The notes beneath the pieces are model-generated. The model had not been told where the DNA came from. It worked only from the letters and a program-made list of their open reading frames with translations, and did not search any database. A DNA stretch of 64,000 nucleotides from Dehalococcoidia bacterium (GTDB lineage: Bacteria > Chloroflexota > Dehalococcoidia > Plut-88900): positions 576,001 to 640,000 of the forward strand of contig OZ240219.1 of NCBI GenBank assembly GCA_965197645.1. Direction: 5' to 3'. Every line of letters begins with the position of its first letter. Within the stretch, counting starts at the first letter, position 1. Both the position numbers and the translations under genes were made by a program. This document shows, in pieces, positions 19,281 to 31,485 of this stretch.

Positions 19281-19751
19281 ATGTCCAGGCGTAGAAGGGC
19301 GGAGAAGCGCCCAATAGCGCCCGATCCCAAGTACCACAACGGTACCCTGGGTCGGTTCATCAACAAGGTGATGATCGGTGGCAAGAAGACCACCTCGGAG
19401 CGGATCATCTACTCGGCCTTCGATAGGATCGAGACGTCGGAGAAGAGGAATCCACTCGAGGTGTTCGAGCAGGCCATTCGCAACGCCACTCCCCTGCTGG
19501 AGGTCAAGCCCAGGCGGGTCGGCGGAGCTACCTACCAGGTGCCCATCGAGGTCCGATCGGAGAGGAGTCTCGCCCTGGCTATGCGATGGATAATCGGCGC
19601 CTCCCGGGCCAGGACGGGCCGTCCCATGGCCCAACGCCTGGCGGAGGAGCTGATCGAGGCCTCCAAGGGCCAGGGAACGGCAGTCAAACGTCGAGAGGAC
19701 CTTCATAGAATGGCAGAGGCCAACCGGGCCTTCGCCCACTACAGGTGGTAA
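19281..19751 (+). CDS. rpsG: 30S ribosomal protein S7
   Basis: [24 protein letters not shown]. Confidence 0.99.
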   Translation: MSRRRRAEKRPIAPDPKYHNGTLGRFINKVMIGGKKTTSERIIYSAFDRIETSEKRNPLEVFEQAIRNATPLLEVKPRRVGGATYQVPIEVRSERSLALAMRWIIGASRARTGRPMAQRLAEELIEASKGQGTAVKRREDLHRMAEANRAFAHYRW

Positions 19752-19766
19752 CGGCAGTTCATAGTC

Positions 19767-21878
19767 ATGTCACAGGTACAGACTCTTAAGAAAGACACCA
19801 AAACCAGCAGCCGCGGCTCGCCGCTGGAGCGGATCCGAAACATCGGATTCATCGCTCACATAGACGCGGGCAAGACCACCGTCACCGAAAGGGTCCTCTA
19901 CTACACCGGCCGCATCTACAAGATGGGCGAGGTCCACGAAGGCACCACCGTCATGGACTGGATGGACCAGGAGCGGGAGCGGGGCATAACCATTACCGCC
20001 GCGGCCACAACGTGTGAATGGAAAGCCCACACGGTAAACATCATCGATACTCCCGGCCACGTCGACTTCACCGCCGAGGTGGAACGGAGCCTGAGAGTGC
20101 TGGACGGCGGCGTGGTGGTCTTCGATGCCGTGGCCGGCGTCGAGCCCCAGTCCGAAACGGTCTGGCGCCAGGCCAATAGGTACAGTGTGCCCCGGATCTG
20201 CTTTGTCAACAAGATGGACCGTGTCGGCGCCGACTTTTATAGAACCATCGACATGATAATAAATCGACTGGAGGCGACTCCGGTCCCCATACAAATGCCC
20301 CTGGGTTCCGAGCTGGAGTTCAGGGGCTTTGTAGACCTAGTGGAAAACCAGGCCGTCATCTTCCCCGATGACGACTCGGCAGACCCCATAATCGAGCCGG
20401 TCCCGGAGGACTACGCCCAGGATGCGGCTAAATACCGGGAAGCTCTGCTGGAGAAGGTCGCCGAGGTGGACGACGATCTGATGGCCAAGTACCTGGAGGG
20501 TGAACCCTTCACGGTAGATGAGATCAAGACCGGCCTTCGCAAGGGCACCATAACCAACCAGTTCGTGCCTGTGCTCTGCGGCAGCGCCCTCAAAAACAAG
20601 GGCATCCAGCGGATGCTGAACGCCGTCATCGACTACCTGCCTTCGCCTCTGGACGTCCCACCGGTCACAGGCCAGGACCCCAAGACCGAAAAGGAGCTGG
20701 TGAGGGAGCCTTCGGAAAAGGACCCCCTCGCCGCATTGGCCTTCAAGGTGGTAACCGACCCCTTCGTTGGAAGGTTGGTCTACTGCCGAGTCTACTCGGG
20801 CAAGGTCAAGTCAGGCGCAACGGTGTACAACAGCACCCAGGGCTACAGGGAACGGATAGGGAGGCTGCTGCGGATGCACGCCGACCGCCGTGACGAGCTC
20901 CCCGAGGCATCAGTCGGCGACATCATCGCCGCTATAGGCCTCAAGAACACCTTCACCAGCAACACTATCTGCGATGTTCACGCCCCCATCGTCCTCGAAT
21001 CCATCTCCTTCCCGGAACCCGTCATCTCAGTGGCGGTGGAGCCCAGGTCTAGAGTGGACGAGGACAAGCTGAGGGACGCCCTATCCAAGATGTCCGATGA
21101 GGACCCCACACTGGATATCCGCTACGAAGACGAGACGGGCCAGACGGTGATAGCCGGCATGGGAGAGATGCACCTGGAGGTGACCGTCGAGCGGATCAAG
21201 CGGGAACAGTCCGTCGAGGCCCGCATCGGCAAGCCCCAGGTGGCCTACCGAGAGACGATTAGAGTCCCAACCACCGCCGTGGGAAGGCTGGTCAAGCAGA
21301 CGGGAGGCCACGGCCAGTTCGCCCACGTGGTGATAGAGCTGGAGCCTCTGGAGCCGGGACAGGGCTTCCAGTTCGAGAACGAGGTCAGGGGAGGCGACAT
21401 TCCCCAGGAATTCATACCCTCCGTGGAGCGAGGCATCAGGGACGCACTCTCCACCGGGGTGCTGGCCGGCTACCCACTGGTAGACCTGAAAGTGACGCTG
21501 GTGGACGGTAGTCACCACCCCGTAGATTCCTCCAACCTGGCCTTCCAGATTGCGGGAAGCATGGCCCTGAAGGAGGGCGTCCGAAAAGCGAGACCCGTAT
21601 TGCTAGAGCCGATAATGAACCTGGATATCACCACGCCTGGCGAGTTTCTGGGCGACATCCTGGGGGACATAAACTCTCGGAGGGGCAAGATCAAGGGGAT
21701 AGAGGGCCGGGCAGACCTGCAAAGCATCCGCGCCCAGGTTCCCCTGTTCGACTCCTTTGGCTATACTACCCACATTCGCTCCCTCAGCCAGGGGCGCGCC
21801 GTCCACTCCATGGAGTTTTCCCACTACGAACCCGTCCCTCAGAAGACGGCGGAGTTGATCGTTGCCAGGGGCCGGTAA
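19767..21878 (+). CDS. fusA: Elongation factor G
   Basis: [29 protein letters not shown]. Confidence 0.99.
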   Translation: MSQVQTLKKDTKTSSRGSPLERIRNIGFIAHIDAGKTTVTERVLYYTGRIYKMGEVHEGTTVMDWMDQERERGITITAAATTCEWKAHTVNIIDTPGHVDFTAEVERSLRVLDGGVVVFDAVAGVEPQSETVWRQANRYSVPRICFVNKMDRVGADFYRTIDMIINRLEATPVPIQMPLGSELEFRGFVDLVENQAVIFPDDDSADPIIEPVPEDYAQDAAKYREALLEKVAEVDDDLMAKYLEGEPFTVDEIKTGLRKGTITNQFVPVLCGSALKNKGIQRMLNAVIDYLPSPLDVPPVTGQDPKTEKELVREPSEKDPLAALAFKVVTDPFVGRLVYCRVYSGKVKSGATVYNSTQGYRERIGRLLRMHADRRDELPEASVGDIIAAIGLKNTFTSNTICDVHAPIVLESISFPEPVISVAVEPRSRVDEDKLRDALSKMSDEDPTLDIRYEDETGQTVIAGMGEMHLEVTVERIKREQSVEARIGKPQVAYRETIRVPTTAVGRLVKQTGGHGQFAHVVIELEPLEPGQGFQFENEVRGGDIPQEFIPSVERGIRDALSTGVLAGYPLVDLKVTLVDGSHHPVDSSNLAFQIAGSMALKEGVRKARPVLLEPIMNLDITTPGEFLGDILGDINSRRGKIKGIEGRADLQSIRAQVPLFDSFGYTTHIRSLSQGRAVHSMEFSHYEPVPQKTAELIVARGR

Positions 21879-21930
21879 CAGGGTGCTATCCATCCGAAGG
21901 ATGAGTCCTACATAGACAAGGATGATAACC

Positions 21931-22239
21931 ATGCCCAAGCAGAAGATAAGAATACAGCTCAACGCCTACGACCATAAGATACTGGACCAGTCCGCCGAGC
22001 AGATAGTCGATGCGGCGGAGCGCACGGGAGCCGGTGTCGTTGGTCCCATTCCTCTGCCCACCAAGATCAAGAAGTTCTGCGTAACCAGGGCATCCAATAT
22101 AGACAAGGACTCTCGAGAGCAGTTTGAGATACGGACCCACAAGAGGCTGATAGAGGTGCAAGACCCGACCAACAAGACCATCGATGCGCTGACCCTACTC
22201 AATCTGCCCGGCGGCGTAGACATCGAGATCAAGCTGTAA
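21931..22239 (+). CDS. rpsJ: 30S ribosomal protein S10
   Basis: [18 protein letters not shown]. Confidence 0.99.
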   Translation: MPKQKIRIQLNAYDHKILDQSAEQIVDAAERTGAGVVGPIPLPTKIKKFCVTRASNIDKDSREQFEIRTHKRLIEVQDPTNKTIDALTLLNLPGGVDIEIKL

Positions 22240-22246
22240 GAACACC

Positions 22247-22861
22247 ATGACCAACGGCATTCTAGGCCTGAAACTGGGCATGACCCAGACCTTCAACGAA
22301 GACGGCACTATGGACGCGGTGACGGTCATAGAGGCCGGTCCGTGCACCGTTACCCAGGTCAAGACCGTCGAGAACGACGGCTACCAGGCAGTGCAGATCG
22401 GTTTCGGTCAGGCCAAGCGGCTCAACAAACCGAGGCACGGGCATCTGAAAGACCTGGGCGATTTCAAGCATCTGAGGGAGTTCAGGACGGAAGACGTTTC
22501 AGACAGCGAGCGGGGCGCCCAGATAGACGTAGGCATCTTCCAGGCCGGAGATAAGGTGGACGTCACCGGCACCTCCAAGGGCAAAGGCTTCGCCGGCACG
22601 GTAAAGAGACATAACTTCGCCGGCGGGCCCAAGACCCACGGCCAGTCCGATAGGCATCGGGCGCCGGGCTCCATCGGCGCCGGCAACACCCCCGGTCGGG
22701 TGCTCAAGGGCCAGAAGATGTCTGGGCACATGGGAAGCGAAAGGGTCACCGCCAGAAACCTTACCGTCGTGCAGATCGATCCGGACCGCAGTCTGTTGCT
22801 TCTAAAAGGGTCCGTGCCGGGCTCCGTCAACGGACTGGTCGTGGTCAAAAAATCGAGATAG
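22247..22861 (+). CDS. rplC: 50S ribosomal protein L3
   Basis: [22 protein letters not shown]. Confidence 0.99.
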   Translation: MTNGILGLKLGMTQTFNEDGTMDAVTVIEAGPCTVTQVKTVENDGYQAVQIGFGQAKRLNKPRHGHLKDLGDFKHLREFRTEDVSDSERGAQIDVGIFQAGDKVDVTGTSKGKGFAGTVKRHNFAGGPKTHGQSDRHRAPGSIGAGNTPGRVLKGQKMSGHMGSERVTARNLTVVQIDPDRSLLLLKGSVPGSVNGLVVVKKSR

Positions 22862-22874
22862 CAGTCCAAAAACT

Positions 22875-23705
22875 ATGAAAATACCGCTAAAAGACGCCTC
22901 GGGTAAAGAGGTGAAAAAGGTCGATGTAAAGGACTCCCTCTTTGGGCTCGTCGTAACACCGGCGTTGCGCGGCGTCATCCACCAAGCGGTGGTACGACAG
23001 CAGGCCAACGCCCGGCGAGGCACGGCGGCGACCAAGAGCAGGGGACAGGTCGCAGGCAGCACTCGCAAGCTGTTCATCCAGAAAGGAACGGGAAGGGCCA
23101 GGGCCGGCAGCATCCGCTCCCCCATTCGCAGGGGCGGCGGCGTTGCATTTGGGCCCCACCCCAGAAGCTACGATAAGAAGATGCCCAAGAAGATGCGCCG
23201 TCTCGCATTGAAGGGAGTCCTCTCCGCCAAGCTTGCCGATGACCGGCTGGTGGTGGTGGACGATCTCGATATAAAAGAGCCGCGGACCAGGGACATGGTA
23301 CTGCGACTCAACGCGTTGGGCGCCACCTCCTCCGCCCTGGTGGTCACCCCGGAACCCCAGGAAAGCGTCATCAAATCGGCCCGCAACCTGGATCGGGTAA
23401 CCACTCTCCCCGCCCCTTATCTCAACGTCGTGGACCTGTTGAGGCACGACCTGGTAGTCATGGAGCTGGGCGCCGTGCGCAAAGCCGAGGAGATATGGGC
23501 GCCGGACGCGGACGGACCGAGCGTGGCTGAGGCCGAGGCGCCCGCTGCCGAAATCGAGGCCCCGCCGGCGGACGAGACAGCGAAACCGGTCGAGACGGAA
23601 GCCGAGGCTCCTTCGGAGTCCGTAGACGAGGAGAAGCCGAAGAAGCGGGCCACGACCCGGCGTAAGCGCACGCCCAAACCGAAAGCCGAACCGGAAGAGA
23701 AGTAG
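22875..23705 (+). CDS. rplD: 50S ribosomal protein L4 with C-terminal extension
   Basis: QKGTGRARAG, GGGVAFGP. Confidence 0.98.
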   Translation: MKIPLKDASGKEVKKVDVKDSLFGLVVTPALRGVIHQAVVRQQANARRGTAATKSRGQVAGSTRKLFIQKGTGRARAGSIRSPIRRGGGVAFGPHPRSYDKKMPKKMRRLALKGVLSAKLADDRLVVVDDLDIKEPRTRDMVLRLNALGATSSALVVTPEPQESVIKSARNLDRVTTLPAPYLNVVDLLRHDLVVMELGAVRKAEEIWAPDADGPSVAEAEAPAAEIEAPPADETAKPVETEAEAPSESVDEEKPKKRATTRRKRTPKPKAEPEEK

Positions 23706-23708
23706 AGT

Positions 23709-23993
23709 ATGGAACTGCTGGAGGTTATCCGCAGACCGGTCATAACCGAGAAGAGCACCGCTCTTCAGGAGCGGGGCAAGTACGCCTTCGAGGTAGCAAG
23801 AAAGGCCACCAAGCCCCAGGTCAAGGCCGCAGTGGAGAAGGCCTTCACCGTGAACGTGACCAAAGTCAACATCATCACCGTTCAGCCCAAGACGAAAATG
23901 GTAAGACGCAACCGGATAAAGACCCGGTCCTGGAAGAAAGCGATAGTTACTCTGGCCAAGGGTCAGCAGATAGAGCTGTTCGAAGGGGTTTAG
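23709..23993 (+). CDS. rplW: 50S ribosomal protein L23
   Basis: PVITEKS, WKKAIVTL. Confidence 0.98.
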   Translation: MELLEVIRRPVITEKSTALQERGKYAFEVARKATKPQVKAAVEKAFTVNVTKVNIITVQPKTKMVRRNRIKTRSWKKAIVTLAKGQQIELFEGV

Positions 23994-23996
23994 GGC

Positions 23997-24827
23997 ATGC
24001 CGCTGAAGAACTACAAGCCTACGTCACCCGGCAGGAGACACGCCACCGGCGCCTCCTTCGATGAGATCACCAAGAGCAAGCCGGAGAAGAGCCTGCTGCG
24101 GCCCCTGAAAAAGAAGGCCGGCAGAAACGTCCGCGGCAAGATCACGGTGCGTCACAGAGGCGGAGGAGCCAAGCGCCGTCTGCGGATAATCGATTTCAAG
24201 CGGAACAAACCCGACGTGCCCGGCAAGGTCGCTTCCATCGAGTACGATCCGAACCGCACGGCCCGCATAGCCCTCATACACTATCTGGACGGCGAGAAAC
24301 GGTACATCCTGGCACCACTGGGGCTGCAGGTCGGAACGATGATCGTATCGGGAGACAAGGTGGAGATCAAATCGGGCAACGCCCTGCCTCTGCGGGATAT
24401 CCCAACCGGGACCGTAGTACATAATATAGAGATGAAGCCCGGTCGAGGCGGACAGATGGTCCGGAGCACAGGGACGGGGGCACAGGTGCTGGCGAAGGAC
24501 GGGAACCACACCCTGCTGAGGCTGCCTTCGGGAGAGCTGAGGCGGGTCGAAAGCCTGTGCATGGCCACCATCGGTCAGATAGGCAACCCGGACCATAAGA
24601 ACATCAAGCTGGGGAAGGCGGGCCGAAACCGGTGGCGGGGACGTCGCCCATCGGTCAGGGGCTCGGCCATGAGCCCCAGGGACCATCCCCACGGAGGCGG
24701 AGAGGGTAGGTCGCCCATCGGGCTTCCGGGGCCCAAGACGCCCTGGGGGAAGCCGACTCTGGGTTACCGAACACGGAACAAGAAGAAGAGCTCCAGCAAG
24801 ATGATAGTGAGAGGCCGGAGGAGGTAG
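23997..24827 (+). CDS. rplB: 50S ribosomal protein L2
   Basis: [16 protein letters not shown]. Confidence 0.99.
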   Translation: MPLKNYKPTSPGRRHATGASFDEITKSKPEKSLLRPLKKKAGRNVRGKITVRHRGGGAKRRLRIIDFKRNKPDVPGKVASIEYDPNRTARIALIHYLDGEKRYILAPLGLQVGTMIVSGDKVEIKSGNALPLRDIPTGTVVHNIEMKPGRGGQMVRSTGTGAQVLAKDGNHTLLRLPSGELRRVESLCMATIGQIGNPDHKNIKLGKAGRNRWRGRRPSVRGSAMSPRDHPHGGGEGRSPIGLPGPKTPWGKPTLGYRTRNKKKSSSKMIVRGRRR

Positions 24828-24829
24828 CC

Positions 24830-25114
24830 GTGTCCAGATCGATCAAGAAGGGGCCGTTCGTGGACGCCAAGCTGATGAAGAAGGTCAGGGCGGCGATGAA
24901 CAGCCGGGAGAAGGTGATAATCCGCACCTGGTCCCGCGCTTCGATGATCGTTCCCGATATGTTGGGGCAGACCATAGCAGTGCACGACGGACGCAGACAC
25001 ATACCAGTCTTCATAACCGAGAACATGGTGGGGCACAAGTTGGGAGAGTTCGCGCCGACGCGGGTGTTCCGTGGACACACGGGCCGCTCCGAGCGTGTTA
25101 GCCAGATGAGGTAA
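24830..25114 (+). CDS. rpsS: 30S ribosomal protein S19
   Basis: [13 protein letters not shown]. Confidence 0.99.
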   Translation: MSRSIKKGPFVDAKLMKKVRAAMNSREKVIIRTWSRASMIVPDMLGQTIAVHDGRRHIPVFITENMVGHKLGEFAPTRVFRGHTGRSERVSQMR

Positions 25115-25216
25115 GGCAGTACTGGGAACGAATGAAGGCTCCCCGGGCGCATTAACGCTCCGGCAGCTACCCGTACCGAGCAACAGACCCGTCCCAATAA
25201 TCCGAGTACCGAAAAA

Positions 25217-25558
25217 ATGGAAGTAAGGGCAAGTACAAAGAACCTGGGGGTATCGCCGAAGAAACTGCGACACGTTGTCGACGCGGTGCGCGGTCTACAG
25301 GTGGACGACGCTCTGAACATCCTGAAGTTCACCCCCTCACCCACAGCCAGGGTTGTCGCCAAGACCGTGAACTCGGCGGCGGCCAACGCCGAGAACAACT
25401 TTCAGCTGATCAGGGACGAGCTGAAAATAAAGAGAATCAGTGCCGACGATGGGACCAGGCTCAAGAGGTTTCGGCCCCGGCCTCGCGGCCGCGCCGCACC
25501 GATATACCGGCGATTCAGCCGCCTCACCGTGGTGGTCGCCGACGAGGGAGGAGAGTAG
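25217..25558 (+). CDS. rplV: 50S ribosomal protein L22
   Basis: SPKKLR, SAAANAENN; operon position. Confidence 0.98.
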   Translation: MEVRASTKNLGVSPKKLRHVVDAVRGLQVDDALNILKFTPSPTARVVAKTVNSAAANAENNFQLIRDELKIKRISADDGTRLKRFRPRPRGRAAPIYRRFSRLTVVVADEGGE

Positions 25559-25561
25559 TAA

Positions 25562-26464
25562 GTGGGACAGAAGACCCACCCCATAGGCTTCCGATTGGGC
25601 ATCATCAAGGACTGGGATGCCAAGTGGTTCGCGTCGAAAGGCACCCAGTACCGAAAGCTCCTCTCCGAGGACATGAGCATCCGCAACACCATCACCTCCA
25701 CCCACACCGACGCCGGAATCTCCAAGGTGGAGATAGAACGAGGCGCCAACGAGATTATTACGACCATCCACACCGCCCGGCCCGGCATCGTCATAGGACG
25801 AGGCGGCCAGCGGGTGGACGAGCTGAGAAGGGTGCTGGAGGGGAAGACCGGCCGAAGGGTGAGGCTAAACATCTCCGAGATCTCACAACCGGAGCAGGAT
25901 GCCTACCTGGTGGCCAGGAACATAGCCGACCAGCTGGAGCGAAGGATCTCCTACCGGAGGGCCATTCGACAGGCGGTGACGCGATGTATGCAGGCCGGTA
26001 TTCAGGGGATCAAGATCATCGCATCGGGTAGGTTGGGCGGCGCCGAGATCGCCCGGGTGGAGAAGGCCCGGGAGGGGCGGGTGCCCCTTCACACCCTGAG
26101 AGCCGACATCGACTACGGCCTGGCCGAAGCCCGCACCACCATGGGGGTCATCGGCATCAAGGTGTGGATCTACAAAGGAGAGATCCTGCCCAAGCCCAAG
26201 GAAGTGGAGGCCGAGGAGCTCCAACCCATCAGCGTCACCATAAGCAGCGCCAAGGCGGCGGAGGAGGCGGAAGCGGAAGCGGCCGCAGCAGCCGCGGCCC
26301 TGCAGGCCGAAGCAGAGGCTGCGGGAGCAACCGTTGCTACGAAAGAGGCGCCAGCCCCGGCAGAGGCGCAGGTTGAGGCGAAGCCGGCAGCCCAGGTTAC
26401 TAAGCCGGAGCCTGTCGTAGAAGCGCAGGAAGAAAAGGCAGATGCTACAACCAAAGAGGGTTAA
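25562..26464 (+). CDS. rpsC: 30S ribosomal protein S3 with Ala/Glu-rich tail
   Basis: [34 protein letters not shown]. Confidence 0.99.
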   Translation: MGQKTHPIGFRLGIIKDWDAKWFASKGTQYRKLLSEDMSIRNTITSTHTDAGISKVEIERGANEIITTIHTARPGIVIGRGGQRVDELRRVLEGKTGRRVRLNISEISQPEQDAYLVARNIADQLERRISYRRAIRQAVTRCMQAGIQGIKIIASGRLGGAEIARVEKAREGRVPLHTLRADIDYGLAEARTTMGVIGIKVWIYKGEILPKPKEVEAEELQPISVTISSAKAAEEAEAEAAAAAAALQAEAEAAGATVATKEAPAPAEAQVEAKPAAQVTKPEPVVEAQEEKADATTKEG

Positions 26465-26858
26465 GTACCGGAAGGCCCATCGCGGCAGGCGGAGAGGCAA
26501 GGCCCACAGCGGCTCGGCACTGACCTTCGGGGAGTTCGGGCTGAAGGCCGATTCCGCCGCTTGGGTCACCAACCGGCAGATCGAAGCGGCCCGGCGGGCC
26601 ATCACCCACCACGTAAAGCGCGGCGGGCAGATATGGATCCGCATATTCCCCGATAAGCCGGTGACCGCCAAACCGCTGGAGACCCGGCAGGGCAGCGGCA
26701 AGGGCAACGTAGATCACTGGGTGGCAGTGGTCAAACCGGGCAGGATGCTATTTGAGCTAGGGGGCGTGGAGAAGGAGATAGCCAGGGAGGCGATGATGCT
26801 AGCCTCCCACAAGCTGCCCGTATCCACTAGATTCGTCGCCAGAGAGGACTATCCGTAG
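26442..26858 (+). CDS. rplP: 50S ribosomal protein L16
   Basis: [20 protein letters not shown]. Confidence 0.99.
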   Translation: MLQPKRVKYRKAHRGRRRGKAHSGSALTFGEFGLKADSAAWVTNRQIEAARRAITHHVKRGGQIWIRIFPDKPVTAKPLETRQGSGKGNVDHWVAVVKPGRMLFELGGVEKEIAREAMMLASHKLPVSTRFVAREDYP

Positions 26859-26860
26859 GT

Positions 26861-27058
26861 ATGAAACCGGGTGACATAAGAGCGCTTACAGTCGTGGACC
26901 TCCAGCGGGAGTTGGAATCCGGTTACCGGGAGCTGTTCAATCTGCGCATCCGCATGGCGACGAAGCAGCTCACCAATCACAGGGAGCTGAGAAACGTCAG
27001 GAGAAATCTGGCCCGTTTGAAGACCATCGCCAGGGAAAGGGAGCTGGCCCAGGGATAG
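26861..27058 (+). CDS. rpmC: 50S ribosomal protein L29
   Basis: ELFNLR...RRNLARLKT; operon position. Confidence 0.95.
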   Translation: MKPGDIRALTVVDLQRELESGYRELFNLRIRMATKQLTNHRELRNVRRNLARLKTIARERELAQG

Positions 27059-27060
27059 CT

Positions 27061-27384
27061 ATGGCGGGAAGAAAGAAAAGCAACGTAGGGCAGGTGGTCA
27101 GCGACAAGATGGACAAGACCGTAGTGGTGCAGGTAGACCGATACCGGGTCCACAGACTGTACAAACGTCGCATCAAGCGGGTGTCCCGGTTCAAGGCCCA
27201 CGACGAAAACAACAGCTGTCATCTAGGCGATACCGTTCGCATCGTGGAGACCCGCCCCCTTTCCAAGGAGAAGCGCTGGATGGTGGCGGACATCCTGACC
27301 AGGGGAGACGTCGCCGAGACCCAGCCCGGAGAACTGGCTGAAGATATGGAGCGAGAACAGGAAAGTGATAAGAGTTCAGAGTAG
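27061..27384 (+). CDS. rpsQ: 30S ribosomal protein S17
   Basis: [16 protein letters not shown]. Confidence 0.98.
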   Translation: MAGRKKSNVGQVVSDKMDKTVVVQVDRYRVHRLYKRRIKRVSRFKAHDENNSCHLGDTVRIVETRPLSKEKRWMVADILTRGDVAETQPGELAEDMEREQESDKSSE

Positions 27385-27733
27385 ACTTCAAGTGGCCGAT
27401 AACTCGGGCGCCCGGGAGATCATGTGCATAAACGTGCCCGGCGGCACCGGCAAGCGGTACGCCCGCGTGGGTGACACGATAGTGGCCTCGGTCAAGGAGG
27501 CCACGCCCGCCGCCCCCGTGAAGAAGGGGGATGTAGTACGGGCCGTGGTGGTCCGGGTCGCTAAGCCCTATCGACGGCCGGACGGCACCTACATCAGGTT
27601 CGATCAGAACGCCGCCGTGGTGCTCAGCGATAAGAACAACCCTCAAGGGACCCGCATATTCGGGCCCGTGGCTCGAGAGCTCCGGGAGAAGAACTACACC
27701 AGGATCGTGTCCCTGGCCCCCGAGGTGCTGTAA
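27365..27733 (+). CDS. rplN: 50S ribosomal protein L14
   Basis: [20 protein letters not shown]. Confidence 0.99.
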   Translation: MIRVQSRLQVADNSGAREIMCINVPGGTGKRYARVGDTIVASVKEATPAAPVKKGDVVRAVVVRVAKPYRRPDGTYIRFDQNAAVVLSDKNNPQGTRIFGPVARELREKNYTRIVSLAPEVL

Positions 27734-27737
27734 GAGG

Positions 27738-28055
27738 ATGAACATCCAGAAGAACGATGTCGTAGCGGTGACCGCCGGCAAAGACAAGGGCAAGCGGGGC
27801 AGGATATTTCGCATCCGACCCGGAGAGGGCGCCGTCCACGTGGAGGGCATCAACATGGTCAAACGGCACATGCAGCCCAAGCCCAACGTCCGGCAGGCTG
27901 GGATCATCGATAGGGAGTCCCCTATACACATCTCCAACCTCAAGCTGGTCTGCCCCATGTGCGACAAGCCTACCAAGGCCCTGACCAGACGAGCCGGCGC
28001 CACCGGCAAAGAGAAGACCAGAGTATGTAAGCTGTGCCAGGCGGTAATAGAATGA
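27738..28055 (+). CDS. rplX: 50S ribosomal protein L24
   Basis: [16 protein letters not shown]; CPMC...CKLC Cys pairs. Confidence 0.98.
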   Translation: MNIQKNDVVAVTAGKDKGKRGRIFRIRPGEGAVHVEGINMVKRHMQPKPNVRQAGIIDRESPIHISNLKLVCPMCDKPTKALTRRAGATGKEKTRVCKLCQAVIE

Positions 28056-28672
28056 CCACCGAGAGCAAAGCCAAGTCCAAATCAAAGGCGAAGGCGAAGG
28101 CCAAGGCCCCCGCCCAGAACGGGTACAAGGCTCGTCTGAAGGTCAGGTACGAGGAAGAGATAGTCTCCGCTCTGCTCCAGGAGTTCGGCTACTCCAACCG
28201 GATGCAGGCGCCCAAGCTGGAGAAGGTGGTGCTGAACATCGGCATGGGGGAGGCCCTTCAGAACGCCAAAGCCATAGAGGCCGCCACCAACGACCTGGAG
28301 ACGATCTCGGGCCAGCACCCGGTGACCACCAAGGCCAGGAAATCGGTGGCCAACTTCAAGGTGAGAGAGGGGAACATAGTCGGGCTGATGCTGACCCTCC
28401 GCGGCGCCCGGATGTACGAGTTCCTGGACCGGCTCATCAACGCCGGCCTGCCTCGAATCCGGGACTTCCGCGGCGTATCGTCCACCGCGTTCGATGGCCG
28501 GGGAAACTATAGCCTGGGCCTTCGAGACCAGACCATGTTTCCGGAGATAGATTACGGACAGTTGGACCGTCTGAGAGGTCTGCAGATAACCATCGTGACC
28601 AGCGCCAAAACCGATGATGAGGCCCGAAGTCTTCTGACCCACTTCGGGATGCCCTTTACACGGACGGGGTAG
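28052..28672 (+). CDS. rplE: 50S ribosomal protein L5
   Basis: [16 protein letters not shown]. Confidence 0.98.
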   Translation: MTTESKAKSKSKAKAKAKAPAQNGYKARLKVRYEEEIVSALLQEFGYSNRMQAPKLEKVVLNIGMGEALQNAKAIEAATNDLETISGQHPVTTKARKSVANFKVREGNIVGLMLTLRGARMYEFLDRLINAGLPRIRDFRGVSSTAFDGRGNYSLGLRDQTMFPEIDYGQLDRLRGLQITIVTSAKTDDEARSLLTHFGMPFTRTG

Positions 28673-28675
28673 ACA

Positions 28676-28861
28676 ATGGCCAGATCAGCAAAGATAGCAA
28701 AGTGGCAAAAACCTCCCAAGTACCGGGTGCAGCACCGCAACCGCTGCACTCTTTGCGGCAGGCCTAGAGGCTACATAAGGCATTTCGGCCTGTGCCGCAT
28801 ATGTTTTCGAGAGCTGGCCCTGGAGGGCCGGCTGCCCGGAGTAAGAAAATCCAGCTGGTAA
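28676..28861 (+). CDS. rpsZ: 30S ribosomal protein S14 (zinc-binding type Z)
   Basis: RCTLCGRPR...LCRICFR; 61 aa. Confidence 0.97.
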   Translation: MARSAKIAKWQKPPKYRVQHRNRCTLCGRPRGYIRHFGLCRICFRELALEGRLPGVRKSSW

Positions 28862-28888
28862 CAGCCACTCGATAGGAAAGATAAAGAA

Positions 28889-29287
28889 GTGAGCGTAACA
28901 GACCCAATAGCGGACATGTTGACCCGCATCAGGAACGCCCTGATGGTGGAGCACGACACGGTATCGATCCCGGCCTCGAAGGTTAAGAGTTCCATGGCCG
29001 GAATCCTCAAGGAAGAGGGCTTTATCCGGGACTTCGAGGTAATCAAAAGCAAGCCCCAGGACACCCTCCGCCTGCACCTCAGGTACGACGAGAACCGAGA
29101 TCCGATGATCCAGGGGCTCAAAAGGGTGAGTAAACCCGGCCTGAGAGTCTACGTGCGCAGGAACGATATACCACGGGTGTTCGCTGGCCTGGGCATCGCC
29201 ATCGTCTCCACGTCGAAGGGGATCATGACGGGTCGAAAGGCATGGCGAGAGGGCGCAGGGGGCGAGCTCCTCTGCTACGTTTGGTAG
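28889..29287 (+). CDS. rpsH: 30S ribosomal protein S8
   Basis: [20 protein letters not shown]. Confidence 0.99.
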   Translation: MSVTDPIADMLTRIRNALMVEHDTVSIPASKVKSSMAGILKEEGFIRDFEVIKSKPQDTLRLHLRYDENRDPMIQGLKRVSKPGLRVYVRRNDIPRVFAGLGIAIVSTSKGIMTGRKAWREGAGGELLCYVW

Positions 29288-29303
29288 GTACGAGAGAACC
29301 GAT

Positions 29304-29852
29304 ATGTCTAGAATAGGCAAACAGCCGATTCCGGTGCCGTCCGGCGTCGACGTTATGATCCAGGAGTCCACGATCACGGTGAAAGGGCCCAGGGGCGAGT
29401 TGGCTCTGGATATCAACCCGGACCTGACCGCTTCCCTGGACGATGGTTCCCTTGTGGTGGCCCGGCCCACCGACGAGCGGCAACACCGATCGTTGCACGG
29501 GCTCACCCGTACCCTGCTGGCCAACATGATTGCCGGCGTCAGCTCCGGTTTCAGAAAGACCCTCACCATCGTCGGCGTTGGCTACCGGGGCCAGATGGAC
29601 GGCAACACCCTGGTCCTCCAGGTGGGTTACTCCCACCGGGTCGAGATCCCCTCGCCGCCGGACATTACCATCGAGGTCGAGGCTAACAACCGGATCCACG
29701 TGGACGGCATCGATAAGCAGCGAGTGGGGCAGGTGGCCGCCGATATCCGGGCCGTGCGACGTCCCGACAAGTACAAGGGCAAGGGTATCAGGTACGAAAA
29801 CGAGGTGGTCAGGCTGAAACCGGGCAAACGAGCAGCAAGGACAGAGATGTAA
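29304..29852 (+). CDS. rplF: 50S ribosomal protein L6
   Basis: [17 protein letters not shown]. Confidence 0.99.
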   Translation: MSRIGKQPIPVPSGVDVMIQESTITVKGPRGELALDINPDLTASLDDGSLVVARPTDERQHRSLHGLTRTLLANMIAGVSSGFRKTLTIVGVGYRGQMDGNTLVLQVGYSHRVEIPSPPDITIEVEANNRIHVDGIDKQRVGQVAADIRAVRRPDKYKGKGIRYENEVVRLKPGKRAARTEM

Positions 29853-30217
29853 TGGCAGTCAAGACCCGTCGCATAGGCAGGCTGAGGCGTCACCGCAGGG
29901 TGCGCAAGACCCTGTCCGGCACACCCGAGAAGCCCAGGCTTTCCGTGTTCAGAAGCCTGAACCACATCTACGCCCAGGTGGTGGACGACGTTCAGGGCCA
30001 CACGCTGGCCGCTGCCTCCAGCCTGGACGAACCGGTCAAGAACAAGACCAAGGGCAAGTCCAAGCGGGAGACGGCGGAGTTGGTCGGGACCCTAGTATCT
30101 TCACGAGCCAGGGAGAAGGGAATCACCAGGGTGGTGTTCGATAGAGGTGGGTACAGGTACTTCGGGCGGGTGCAGGCCTTGGCCGATGCGGCAAGAAAGG
30201 AAGGGCTGGAGCTTTGA
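29852..30217 (+). CDS. rplR: 50S ribosomal protein L18
   Basis: [16 protein letters not shown]. Confidence 0.99.
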   Translation: MAVKTRRIGRLRRHRRVRKTLSGTPEKPRLSVFRSLNHIYAQVVDDVQGHTLAAASSLDEPVKNKTKGKSKRETAELVGTLVSSRAREKGITRVVFDRGGYRYFGRVQALADAARKEGLEL

Positions 30218-30786
30218 CCCCCGCCAGAAGAGAGAAGATAGACCCCAAGAACATGGACCTCACCGAGAGGGTGGTCTACATCAACCGGGTCGCCAAGGTG
30301 GTCAAGGGCGGCCGGAGGTTCAGGTTCAGCGCAGTTGTGGTAGTGGGAGATGGCGCCGGACACGCAGGCATGGGCCTGGGTAAGGCCGGCAGCGTTCCGG
30401 ACGCCGTTCGCAAGGGGAACTCCATAGCCCAGAAGAACCTGATGAAAATCGATCTAAAGGACACGACCATCCACCATGAGATCGTCTCCAAGTATCGAGG
30501 CGCCAAGATCGTGTTGAGGCCGGCGGCGCCGGGCACCGGCGTGATTGCGGGCGGCGGCGTGCGAGCCGTGCTGGAAGCCGCCGGGGTGAAGGACGTGCTG
30601 ACCAAGTCCCTGGGCAGCTCCAACCCGATAAACATGGTGAAGGCCACCATAAACGCCCTCACCGAGATCCGGGACCCCCAGGCCGTGCTGGCCAAACGCC
30701 TTGGTCGGCCGGCTGTACAGCCTGAACCTGAGCCGGAAGCCGCCCCACCGGAGACCCGGAAGCCTGCCCAAGAGGCCACCGCCTAA
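30214..30786 (+). CDS. rpsE: 30S ribosomal protein S5
   Basis: [18 protein letters not shown]. Confidence 0.98.
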   Translation: MTPARREKIDPKNMDLTERVVYINRVAKVVKGGRRFRFSAVVVVGDGAGHAGMGLGKAGSVPDAVRKGNSIAQKNLMKIDLKDTTIHHEIVSKYRGAKIVLRPAAPGTGVIAGGGVRAVLEAAGVKDVLTKSLGSSNPINMVKATINALTEIRDPQAVLAKRLGRPAVQPEPEPEAAPPETRKPAQEATA

Positions 30787-30859
30787 CAATGTACATGCCA
30801 TCCGACAAAACGGCCAGAAGCCATAGCGCAGCACAAAATGGGCGACACAGGACTGATCA

Positions 30860-31042
30860 GTGGCTAACCTGCAGATAACATTGAGGAAAAGCCCCATCGG
30901 ATACTCCCAGGACCAGCGAGGCACCCTGAGAGCGCTGGGTCTGAAGAAGCTGAACCAGACGGTTGAGCGGGACGACTCGGCGTCGGTACGGGGGATGGTC
31001 GAGAAGGTCAAACACCTGGTAACGGTGGTAGAGAAGAGATGA
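30860..31042 (+). CDS. rpmD: 50S ribosomal protein L30
   Basis: KSPIG...LGLKKL...RGMV..VKHL. Confidence 0.96.
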   Translation: MANLQITLRKSPIGYSQDQRGTLRALGLKKLNQTVERDDSASVRGMVEKVKHLVTVVEKR

Positions 31043-31485
31043 AACTGAACGAGTTACGCCCCCGGCCCGGCTCCACGAAGAACCGGCAGCGGTCCGGTCG
31101 GGGTTACGGCAGCGGCCGAGGCCACACCTCGGGACGAGGCAACGGTGGCCAGAAGTCCCGTTCGGGCGGTCGAATCCGCCGCGGGTTCGAGGGCGGCCAG
31201 CTGCCGATGATCAAACGGATGCCCTCCAAGCGGGGCTTCACCAATATCTTTCGCACCGAGTACTCCGTTATCAATCTTGATAAGCTGGACCTGTTTGAAA
31301 AGGGTTCTGAGGTAGACCCCGACGTCCTGGTTTCCCGGAGGGTGCTTAGGTCCTTGGCCAAACCGGTAAAGATACTGGGCAGCGGCGCCCTGTCCAAGCC
31401 GCTGACCGTCAGAGCCAACAAGTTCTCCCGCTCGGCCATCGAGAAGATCGAGGCGGCGGGAGGCAAAGCAGAGATACTAGGCTAA
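31039..31485 (+). CDS. rplO: 50S ribosomal protein L15
   Basis: GFEGGQ, KIEAAGG. Confidence 0.98.
   Translation: MKLNELRPRPGSTKNRQRSGRGYGSGRGHTSGRGNGGQKSRSGGRIRRGFEGGQLPMIKRMPSKRGFTNIFRTEYSVINLDKLDLFEKGSEVDPDVLVSRRVLRSLAKPVKILGSGALSKPLTVRANKFSRSAIEKIEAAGGKAEILG

Noticed and set aside
21879-21930. Absence of tuf between fusA and rpsJ as a novelty
   Set aside because: As I recall, this order is normal in Dehalococcoidia, with tuf elsewhere; used only as a taxonomic hint
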